Positions 17,101 through 25,459 of a stretch of 64,000 bases of DNA are shown here, one piece after another. This stretch comes from Rickettsia typhi (lineage in GTDB: Bacteria > Pseudomonadota > Alphaproteobacteria > Rickettsiales > UBA1997). The notes beneath the pieces are model-generated. The model did no database searches. It was not told the origin of the DNA and saw only the letters and a program-made list of their open reading frames with translations. The stretch covers positions 372-64,371 of the forward strand of contig CAMDJZ010000004.1 of the NCBI GenBank assembly GCA_945901265.1. The letters run 5' to 3'. Every line of letters begins with the position of its first letter. Within the stretch, counting starts at the first letter, position 1. The position numbers and the translations under genes are program-made.

Positions 17101-18537
17101 TTATTCATTAATAATTTTTAATTTGCGATAAATTGTCGATCTACCAATATCAAGTTGTTTAGCTACTTCCGATAAATTTCCATTATAAATATCGACTAGT
17201 CTACGAATAATTTCTTCCTCGATTAAATCAATAGTTTTGCATTGACCTTCATCGTCAAAGATATCAATCAATTCGCTATTAACATCGGAATTTTTTTTAA
17301 TTGCCGATTTAGCTTTGGTCATGCTATTATTTTCCTTATTTAGCAATTGCGGAAAATGTTCTGGTTTCAATACATCACCATCACATAAAACCACTGCACG
17401 AAACACAGAATTTTTTAGCTGACGGACATTATCTTCCCAGTCATAATTATAAAGCAAATAAAGCGCATCCTGATTAATCGCTTTAATTTTTTTATTTTCA
17501 TTGATACTGAAATCGCGACAAAAATTTTCAGCAAGTGACCTTATATCGTCTTCTCCACGCTCTTTTAAATCTGGGACTTTAATTGGGAATGTAGCAATGC
17601 GATAATATAAATCTTCACGAAATTTTTTTAACGAAACTAATTTATTTATGTCACGCGTTGTTGAAGCAATCACTCTTGCATTTGAACGCACTGGAATTTT
17701 AGCGCCAACTGGAGTATATTCTCCCTCTTGCATGAAACGTAAAATTTTTACCTGAACATCAATTTTTAAAGCATCAATTTTTTCAAAAAATATTGTTCCC
17801 GTATTGGCCTCACCAACCTTGCCAATATTTTTTGGACCATTCATCACTTGTCCTTCAACGCCAAATAACTCCTCTTCAACTGTGTTAGCTTTTAACAAAT
17901 CACATTCGACAACAATAAATGGTTTACCAGATCTAATGCTTGATCCATGAATGGCTCGTGCTAAAATCTCTTTACCTGCGCCATTAGAACCTTCAACCAA
18001 AATTGAAATATTAGAATTAGTAACTTTTTTGGCGAGGCGAACCATATTCATAGTGATTTCGCTTTGGCCAATTATATCTGAAAATGCTACTTGATCCTTA
18101 CCTTTACGAGCAAGATGCGAAACTTGATATTTCAAATTTTTCTTTTCGATGGCATTATTAATTGAAGCGGTAATTCTTGCAATGATATCTTTTTCGCCTT
18201 TTACGATGTAATCAATTGCTCCGTAATTAATTGCCGTAATTGCCAAATTAACATCTTGATTCGCGGTCAAGACAATCACTTGTAGATCACCTTTGATTGG
18301 TGCAATTTGTTTTAAAACTTCTAATCCATCAAGGTCTGGCATTGATAAATCAAGGAGCATAACGTCAATTTCATTGCACGAAACACCTTTAACTGTTTTC
18401 TTATTCATAAAAAAATCTACGACCTCCATGCCGCTACTCATGTCAAGAAAATTATGCCCCAGACCATCTATAAATTTACCTATAACCTTACGCTGGATAG
18501 GTTCATCATCAACAATTAAAATCATTCTTTTTGTCAT
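17101..18537 (-). CDS. NtrC-family response regulator, NtrX-like (receiver + AAA+ + Fis-type HTH) lacking the GAFTGA loop
   Basis: 478 aa. Receiver ILIVDDEP...DLSMPD. Walker A GSNGAGKE. FREDLYYRI. C-terminal HTH NLSEVAKQLDIGRSTIYRKLK. The position of GAFTGA reads GQVMNGPKNIGK, and Walker B reads IFFEKID. Confidence 0.75.
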   Translation of the reverse strand: MTKRMILIVDDEPIQRKVIGKFIDGLGHNFLDMSSGMEVVDFFMNKKTVKGVSCNEIDVMLLDLSMPDLDGLEVLKQIAPIKGDLQVIVLTANQDVNLAITAINYGAIDYIVKGEKDIIARITASINNAIEKKNLKYQVSHLARKGKDQVAFSDIIGQSEITMNMVRLAKKVTNSNISILVEGSNGAGKEILARAIHGSSIRSGKPFIVVECDLLKANTVEEELFGVEGQVMNGPKNIGKVGEANTGTIFFEKIDALKIDVQVKILRFMQEGEYTPVGAKIPVRSNARVIASTTRDINKLVSLKKFREDLYYRIATFPIKVPDLKERGEDDIRSLAENFCRDFSINENKKIKAINQDALYLLYNYDWEDNVRQLKNSVFRAVVLCDGDVLKPEHFPQLLNKENNSMTKAKSAIKKNSDVNSELIDIFDDEGQCKTIDLIEEEIIRRLVDIYNGNLSEVAKQLDIGRSTIYRKLKIINE

Positions 18538-18596
18538 ATTTTTCCCAAAATATTTTATTAAAAAAAAATTGTAATTGGCTTTTTTTATTAAAAAAT

Positions 18597-19436
18597 TTAT
18601 TTTACAATTTTTTCATTTAGTTTTTTTTCTTGTAATAGCTGGATAATTTTCGCTGATGTTTCTTCTACGGATCTTTTTGTAACGTCAATTACAGGACAAT
18701 TAAGTTTAGTAAATAGTTTTCGCGATTCCGCTACTTCCTTTTTAATAGCTTCAACATCGATATAATCACTACCGATATCTTTGCCAATCAATGCCATTCG
18801 ACTTTGCCTAATTTGAACCAACTTATCTGGATTAATAATCAAGCCAACAATCAATGGTTTTTTTAACTCATAAACTGAGTGCGGAATAGTTTCCAGCGAA
18901 ACAAATGGAATGTTGGCAGTTTTATAACCCCGACATGAAAGATAAACTGATGTTGGCGATTTCGATGTTCGCGAAACTCCAATTATCAAAATATCTGCAT
19001 CATACAAATCCCATGAAGACTGACCATCATCATGCGTTAACGTATAACTTATCGCCTCAACTCTTGAAAAATATTCCCCATCTAAAAGATGTTGTCTTCC
19101 AACAGTGTGACTGATATTCATGTTTAGATAATTTGAAAATTCAGCGATAATATGAGATAAAACTGGAATACAAGGAAGTTGCATTTTAAAGCATTCCTTG
19201 CGCAGCTCTTCGATCAAATTATCATGCAAAATTGTGTATAACACAATTCCAGGTTGTTTAGAAATTGATTCCAAAACGCGATCAAGTTGCGGTTTAGTTC
19301 TAATTAATGGCCAAATAAAATCATTTGACTCAACTCCTTCGAATTGCGATAATACAGCCCTTGCAACTGAACTCAATGTTTCCCCCGTAGAATCTGAAAT
19401 TAAGTGTAAATTTATAATTCTTTTATTTATAGACAT
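18597..19436 (-). CDS. Pyruvate, phosphate dikinase / PEP synthase regulatory protein (bifunctional kinase-pyrophosphorylase, DUF299)
   Basis: 279 aa. HLISDSTGETL and P-loop-like GVSRTSKSPTS. Confidence 0.85.
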   Translation of the reverse strand: MSINKRIINLHLISDSTGETLSSVARAVLSQFEGVESNDFIWPLIRTKPQLDRVLESISKQPGIVLYTILHDNLIEELRKECFKMQLPCIPVLSHIIAEFSNYLNMNISHTVGRQHLLDGEYFSRVEAISYTLTHDDGQSSWDLYDADILIIGVSRTSKSPTSVYLSCRGYKTANIPFVSLETIPHSVYELKKPLIVGLIINPDKLVQIRQSRMALIGKDIGSDYIDVEAIKKEVAESRKLFTKLNCPVIDVTKRSVEETSAKIIQLLQEKKLNEKIVK

Positions 19437-19563
19437 AACTAGATATTTTTTTAAAAATTATATAATAGTTTTATTTTAAAACATTTTTATATAAGATTTC
19501 TTTTTAATTAACTTTTAAATATTATTCACAATAATAAATATTTATTATTATAAACATAGATGT

Positions 19564-20982
19564 TTATTTGCTATTACTTGGCGGTATTTTAATATCTGAA
19601 TTCACAATAACTGTAACTTTAGTACCTTGCGGTATACGAATTACAGGATTAAGGTCAATTGAATTGGTAATTATTTGTCCAATAGTATCGAGTATAGTTT
19701 TAGTAACATCGTAAATTGCCTGATTAGTAGCGTTGGTTGTAGTGGTTGTTATTCCTTGATTTTGATTAACAGTGCTCGTGGAATTTGTATTATTGCTAAA
19801 AAGTTTTTGAGCAGTTGCAACACCACCAACCGTTAAAATACTTGTTAAAAGAGAATTAGCAATGACCGATGAATAACGATTATCCACTTCGCCAGGAATG
19901 CCTGAGCGACCAAATTGATCTGCGGCTGAAAAATTAATATTTAAACTTACGCCATCCGGTCTAATTAATCTTGTCCAACCAATTTGTACCCTTGCTTGTC
20001 CTCGCTGAACAGTTGATAAATATGAGCCGTAAAGTCTAGATCCGCGAGGAATTAAAATTTTATTTCCCGATTCACCAAAAATATCACGACTCACAACTGC
20101 ACGAACAATACCAGGCATTTCGGTATTAATAGCAGTTTCAAGAATTGCTGTAATCATTTTTCCTTGAGCAATGGTAATTGATCCATCTGCAATATAGGTT
20201 GCATCAATAGTAGTTTCCGATTCCTTAAGGTCGCTGATTGGATTTTTTTTAACTTGAATAATATTTTCCTTATTACCAATAGCTTGAGTTGGCGATGTAT
20301 ATCCACCTGAAAAAACAATTATTGGCGTATAACGTGGATCGAGTTTTATTTTTTGATCAAGTTGTTTTTGTTGCTCTACATTAACTTGATTTTGTTGGGC
20401 AATTTTATTATCATTTATGATTTGCTGATTTATTAATCCTTGATTTTGTTCTTGCGCAATTTGTTCGGGAGTTTTTGGGGTTGTAGATTCTGGATTAGTT
20501 TTAATTATTGGATCATTGGGATTAATTGGCTTAATTCCATGCGCTTCAAAAAAATCTTTTTTTTCTTCCCCCTGAACTGATGGAGTCAAATTAAGCTGAC
20601 TTGGCTCAAGCATTTCTTTAGATAATTCAGGTAATGACGGAATTTCAAGAGATTCTTGATTTTTTAAAAGTTCGGGATCCTTTACATCCCTTTGATCAGC
20701 TGATTTATCAAATTCAAAAAATGACTTCCCTGAATCATTAGGTGAAATCGAAGTATTAATATCTGGCAATACTTCCTCAATATTTTCTTGACCATCTTGA
20801 ACTTTACCGCGAAAGAAAAAAAAATAAAGTACCGCAGTAATCAAAACAGCTGACGCTATAATGATTACCAGCTTATTATTTTTTAATGATGCGATTGATG
20901 GCCCAGAATTATCAATCTCGATTGCCTCATCTTCATCCTCAGGAGGATTATTATTTGATTGATTTGGTTTAGGAATTTTCAT
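19564..20982 (-). CDS. virB10: VirB10/TrbI family type IV secretion protein (orphan copy)
   Basis: 472 aa. Cytoplasmic N-terminus, TM helix LVIIIASAVLITAVLYFFFF, Pro/Glu-rich linker. C-terminal AILETAINTEMPGIVRAVVSRDIFGESGNKILIPRGSRLYGSY...RVQIGWTRLIRPDGVSL...GRSGIPGEVDNRY matches the VirB10/TrbI barrel domain. Confidence 0.85.
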   Translation of the reverse strand: MKIPKPNQSNNNPPEDEDEAIEIDNSGPSIASLKNNKLVIIIASAVLITAVLYFFFFRGKVQDGQENIEEVLPDINTSISPNDSGKSFFEFDKSADQRDVKDPELLKNQESLEIPSLPELSKEMLEPSQLNLTPSVQGEEKKDFFEAHGIKPINPNDPIIKTNPESTTPKTPEQIAQEQNQGLINQQIINDNKIAQQNQVNVEQQKQLDQKIKLDPRYTPIIVFSGGYTSPTQAIGNKENIIQVKKNPISDLKESETTIDATYIADGSITIAQGKMITAILETAINTEMPGIVRAVVSRDIFGESGNKILIPRGSRLYGSYLSTVQRGQARVQIGWTRLIRPDGVSLNINFSAADQFGRSGIPGEVDNRYSSVIANSLLTSILTVGGVATAQKLFSNNTNSTSTVNQNQGITTTTTNATNQAIYDVTKTILDTIGQIITNSIDLNPVIRIPQGTKVTVIVNSDIKIPPSNSK

Positions 20983-21048
20983 TTAACTTTATCGGTAAAA
21001 AATAGCATTTTAGAATTTCAAATAGTTATTATAATTAAATTTTTTAAT

Positions 21049-23223
21049 TTAAAGTAACTTTAAATTTATAAAAAATTTTTTAATTTCATCAAAGACTTTT
21101 TGACTATCATTACAATAAATAATTACATGATTTTTAAATTCCAGCATAGAAAAAAATTTTAGCGAAGAATTTATTTTATTGTAAATATTTTGTCCACTTA
21201 TGGGATTAACAACTGGGTCATTATTTCCTTGAATTACAAGGGTTGGACATTTTATTAAAGAGAGATTTTTATTACATTCATCCATCAATTTTTCTAACTG
21301 CACAACACTTGAGATGAAGTTACGACTGTAATTTATATTAGGATTTTCTGGATGATCATCAATGTAAGACAATTGCCCTTTATGAATATCAAATTTTTTT
21401 AAAATTTCATTCCATAATTCAAAACCTCGCGCAAATTTTGCCGAATAATTATTAAGCTGAAGAGGAGAATTTATAGAAATTATTGCCAATAATTTAGAAT
21501 TATCTATTTTTTTACTTGCCGAAAGAAGAGTTAATAATCCTCCCATTGAAAATCCAACCATTATAATTTTTTCACAAATCATCGATAATGCACTATAACC
21601 AATTTGCAAAGAATCGTACCAATCTTCGAATCCACAATTACTTTGATCTATTGGCGATGTGCCATGTCCTTTTAATCTAACCGCATAAACTTTAAAACCC
21701 AATTCATTCAAAAATTTCGCTAATAATTCAACTTCTTTTGGCGCTGATTTATAACCATGACAAATTACAATTCCAACATTTGATTTGTTTTCTAATGATT
21801 GAATATCGAGGAAAAATGGCTTACCAACATCTGGATTTTTTGAAAAATTTTCATCAAAATATTGTTTATAATCAAGTTCAAAATTATTTATATCTTGATG
21901 ATAAATTTCATTAAAAATTTCCTTAGATAAATTATCTTCATCAAGCCTTGCAACCCTTTTAATAATTGCATTGGGATTTTCTAGCAATGAAAATTCATTG
22001 GATATTACATGCAAAGTGTTTTCAAGGCGAATTTCATGAAATTCGATATTTTTCTCAAATGAATTCTTATTAATTTCAATAAAATTTTCTGCACTTAATC
22101 TAATGATATTTTGTTTTATTGCCAAATCTAAAACATCGTCAAATGCATAAAATTTTTCATCTGTAAAAATTTTAATAATATTACCCCTATCAATACCCTG
22201 ATTGTATCGATATTTATTGCTTTTAACAATTAAAATTGCCGAATAGTAAATTATTTTTTTAAGATATGAAATCGAGATTTTATCTTGAGAAAAATGGGTT
22301 AATGAAGCTATGAAAATATGATCAAAATTTATTTCACAATCATTATAAATTTTTTCCATAAATTCATTGGTTAACTTGGAACGGAAGTAACGAATTATGA
22401 TATTATTTTTGGTTTCTTTTTTAATGATAGGAATCTGATTAACGACTAATCTTTTATTTTTAATATAATTTGCTAAATTAATCGGCTTGCCAAAGTGGAT
22501 ATTGATTTGAGCGCCGGTAAGAATATTTCCTTCAATTTCAAGTTCTTCATAAATTTGGCTAGGAATTTTTTTTATTAAGCGCATTGCAATGGCTTGAATT
22601 TTATTTTTTCCTGGACGAATCGGGTAATATGTAAGGTTTAAAGGAATAATCTGAGTTTGTAAATTTTCTAAATTTTTATTATATTCAATATCATAATTCC
22701 TTTTAAATTCATCTAAAATTTCACGATCATTTTGATGATATGCTTCAATAAAATCTTGACGAAGTAATTGTGATTTTAAGGCAAGAACAGAAGAGCCAGT
22801 TCTAACTGGTCCAGTTCTTGATGGAGTATTGCTAATAAATAAATTCTTACGAATAATCAATTTATTTTTAACCATACTTCCTTCTGGATAAATAATCCAA
22901 TTATGCGAACCCTTGATCAAATCGCTAATAATGATATTATCTCTTTTATCATTTTTTGTTGATATTGTTCCAACTGAATTTAAAAATTTACCAAGCAATC
23001 CAAAGTAAAGTTTCGAATCTGCTAATGTTCGCGATTGTTTAGCTGTTTCTTTGTAAATTATGTAAGGTACAAAAAATGTTTCGCTGCGCGTAAAATGATT
23101 GGCAACAAACATTGTTGGTTGATCGTTAAGATTTTCGACTCCCGTTACTGAAAATTTCGTTCCTAAAACTTTCTCCAGCACATTCATAATAAAGGAAGTA
23201 TAGCCAAAGGTTTTTGTTGACAT
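21049..23223 (-). CDS. Fusion protein: N-terminal glycerolipid acyltransferase (LPLAT/PlsB-like) domain, central unknown region, C-terminal alpha/beta hydrolase (lysophospholipase/monoacylglycerol-lipase-like)
   Basis: 724 aa. ANHFTRSE (HX4D-type block with Glu) and IYPEGS blocks in the first 120 aa. C-terminal VICHGYKSAP, GFSMGG nucleophile elbow, GNNDPVV and KNHV. Confidence 0.7.
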   Translation of the reverse strand: MSTKTFGYTSFIMNVLEKVLGTKFSVTGVENLNDQPTMFVANHFTRSETFFVPYIIYKETAKQSRTLADSKLYFGLLGKFLNSVGTISTKNDKRDNIIISDLIKGSHNWIIYPEGSMVKNKLIIRKNLFISNTPSRTGPVRTGSSVLALKSQLLRQDFIEAYHQNDREILDEFKRNYDIEYNKNLENLQTQIIPLNLTYYPIRPGKNKIQAIAMRLIKKIPSQIYEELEIEGNILTGAQINIHFGKPINLANYIKNKRLVVNQIPIIKKETKNNIIIRYFRSKLTNEFMEKIYNDCEINFDHIFIASLTHFSQDKISISYLKKIIYYSAILIVKSNKYRYNQGIDRGNIIKIFTDEKFYAFDDVLDLAIKQNIIRLSAENFIEINKNSFEKNIEFHEIRLENTLHVISNEFSLLENPNAIIKRVARLDEDNLSKEIFNEIYHQDINNFELDYKQYFDENFSKNPDVGKPFFLDIQSLENKSNVGIVICHGYKSAPKEVELLAKFLNELGFKVYAVRLKGHGTSPIDQSNCGFEDWYDSLQIGYSALSMICEKIIMVGFSMGGLLTLLSASKKIDNSKLLAIISINSPLQLNNYSAKFARGFELWNEILKKFDIHKGQLSYIDDHPENPNINYSRNFISSVVQLEKLMDECNKNLSLIKCPTLVIQGNNDPVVNPISGQNIYNKINSSLKFFSMLEFKNHVIIYCNDSQKVFDEIKKFFINLKLL

Positions 23224-23244
23224 TGATTTTAATTATTGTTTTTT

Positions 23245-23296
23245 TTACGAAAATTTTTTTTCTAATAAAGTTACGAAAATTTTTTTTCTAATAAAG
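23245..23296. repeat. Perfect 26-bp tandem duplication TTACGAAAATTTTTTTTCTAATAAAG x2
   Basis: Units at 23245-23270 and 23271-23296 are identical. The second unit encodes the last 7 codons plus the stop (LLEKKFS*) of the purL fragment. The first unit is a noncoding copy just downstream. Confidence 0.95.
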
Positions 23297-24284
23297 TTTC
23301 GTTAATTTTTATTAAATCTATTATTTCTAGAGAATTATTATTAAATAATATTTTTTTTTCTATAACCTTGCCTATTCTTACCAAACAAACATTTGATTTA
23401 TCAGCTTTTTTTTGTAATTCTTTAACCTGCTTAGGATCAAGCGCAATTAGATATCGCCCTTGATCTTCACTGAAAAGAATTTCTTCATCGGTTAATGTAT
23501 TCTTGCTTTTTATCAATGAAATATCTAATTCAAAACCGAGTTCCAAATTAGACATTTCAAAAAGCGCAACAAGCATTCCACCGTCAGAAATATCATGGCA
23601 AGCATTTATAGACTGCGCAGATATTAAATGCCGAACAAATTCACCATGTTTTTTTTCTATCATTAAATCAACTGCGGGAGGATTGGTTTGCGACGGTGTT
23701 TTTAAAATTTCTCTTTCATATAATGAACATGATAAATGACCAAAATTTTCTCCAATTACAAATATCTCATCATCAATATTTTTAAATTTAATATCACATC
23801 TTTTATTTAAATCTTTTAGAAGGCCAACTCCACCAATCGCTGGGGTTGGAAGAATTGCTTGACCATCAGTTTCATTATAAAGTGATACATTGCCAGATAC
23901 TACCGGATAATCTAGAATCTTACAAGCTTCTGTTATGCCTCTAATTGAGCGAATAATTTGACCCATGATCTCTGGTTTTTGGGGATTTCCAAAATTTAAA
24001 CAATTTGTTATGGCGAGTGGTTTTGCGCCGGTTGCTGAAATATTGCGATAGGTTTCTGCAACTGCTTGCATTGAACCCATTAATGGATCGGCTTCCACAT
24101 AACGCGGTGTGCAATCCGTAGTTAAAGCAAGAGCTTTTTGAGTACCGTGAATTCTGACCAGCGAAGCATCGCCATTGATTGCAATTGTATCATTCATTAC
24201 TTGCGAATCATACTGCTCATAAATCCATTTCTTACTAGCGAGATCAGGGATTTCAAGCATTTTTTTTAAAATTTCCAAAGCCAT
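23271..24284 (-). pseudogene. purL: purL remnant: only the C-terminal half of phosphoribosylformylglycinamidine synthase II, as an intact 337-codon ORF
   Basis: SKKWIYEQYDSQV, DCTPRYVEADP, TNCLNFGNP and VSGNVSLYNE...ILPTPAIGGVG correspond to the second half of ~740-aa PurL. Only 56 nt separate its start from the stop of the next gene, so there is no room for the N-terminal half. Confidence 0.75.
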
Positions 24285-24340
24285 ATAATTTTTTAATAAA
24301 AGTTTTTATAAATAATTACACAGTATTTTAAAAAAAGAAA

Positions 24341-25459
24341 TTATTTTTTGCATCGATTTAAGATAATTTCGATTCGTCCTTCCCAGAATTCATGAATTAC
24401 TACATCGGGATTGTAATTCTTAATCTCTCCATATTCAATATCGCAAGGCGATTCATTAGCTGAATATATCATTCTAAAATGCTCTCCTATGAATAAATAA
24501 AGATCTGCAAAAAAAGAGTCTTTATAAGCAAATAAGATTGGTAAATTTGCATTATTATTTTTTAAAAAAAATGGATTATGAAATTTTAATTTTTCATCTT
24601 CACTTGGCTCAATTATATTGGTATTTAATTTAAATTTCGGATTTAAATCATAATTAAGATTAGTTATATTTAGAGCCATAATGTCGGAAATATCTCCACG
24701 AATATATTCATCAGCCTTATCGACAAATTCATTTCGGGTTCTTGGCTTAAATTGTTTATTATTTTTTGCTAAATGATTCATGATTTTGATATAAGCGTAA
24801 TGAGCACCTCGTCGATTCCAATGCGTGTCAGTCTTTTGGTAAACTATTTCTTTTTTTTGAGCATTTTGTAGCTCATCTCGCAAATCAATTATTGGAAATT
24901 GCGGATTTGACTTTAGAAGGGCTTGAATAAATTGATCAATTCGATGATTTTTTATTCTAGTATGATTAATAAAGTCCGGAAGATATTCATCATAAATTGA
25001 GGATTTATCCGGAGCAATTACCACCAAATATTCAATATTTTTTTTCTTTAAAATTTCTAAATTATTATTAAAACTTTTAACTCCATTGGCAATTAAATCA
25101 GAAGATAAAACTATTTTGCCAGTTACATCAACTAATGAATTGTGATTATCAAAGAACATCCATCCGTCCTTACCTATCAAGGCTCTAGATGATGGTGATT
25201 CATCGAATATTTTATCCATAATTTTGGAATTAATATTAATTAATGTTTTACGAAATCCATAATGATCATCAAAATATTTACCAATATTAACAAAATATAA
25301 TTTCAATTGACTAATTTTCTTGGGAAAATCTGGCATTGTAACTGGCGATCTCTTTTCAAATAATTCATCAACTGGAGCAAATGAAAAAATGCTATCAAGC
25401 GTTGGGGTTGATATAATTAAAAAGAAAGCTATGATGAAAAAAGTATTTTTTTTGTTCAT
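24341..25459 (-). CDS. AlgX/AlgJ-like SGNH-fold O-acetyltransferase, periplasm-facing
   Basis: 372 aa. N-terminal signal/anchor. GKDGWMFF, VVIAPDKSSIYDEYLP and QKTDTHWNRRGA motifs are characteristic of the AlgJ/AlgX family. Confidence 0.75.
   Translation of the reverse strand: MNKKNTFFIIAFFLIISTPTLDSIFSFAPVDELFEKRSPVTMPDFPKKISQLKLYFVNIGKYFDDHYGFRKTLININSKIMDKIFDESPSSRALIGKDGWMFFDNHNSLVDVTGKIVLSSDLIANGVKSFNNNLEILKKKNIEYLVVIAPDKSSIYDEYLPDFINHTRIKNHRIDQFIQALLKSNPQFPIIDLRDELQNAQKKEIVYQKTDTHWNRRGAHYAYIKIMNHLAKNNKQFKPRTRNEFVDKADEYIRGDISDIMALNITNLNYDLNPKFKLNTNIIEPSEDEKLKFHNPFFLKNNNANLPILFAYKDSFFADLYLFIGEHFRMIYSANESPCDIEYGEIKNYNPDVVIHEFWEGRIEIILNRCKK

Noticed and set aside
19530-19549. Perfect 20-bp palindrome AATAATAAATATTTATTATT, 15 nt downstream of the virB10 stop
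   Set aside because: It is composed only of A/T. By rough estimate, palindromes of this size are expected by chance several times across the AT-only intergenic DNA of the window. It may still act as a weak terminator but cannot be supported.
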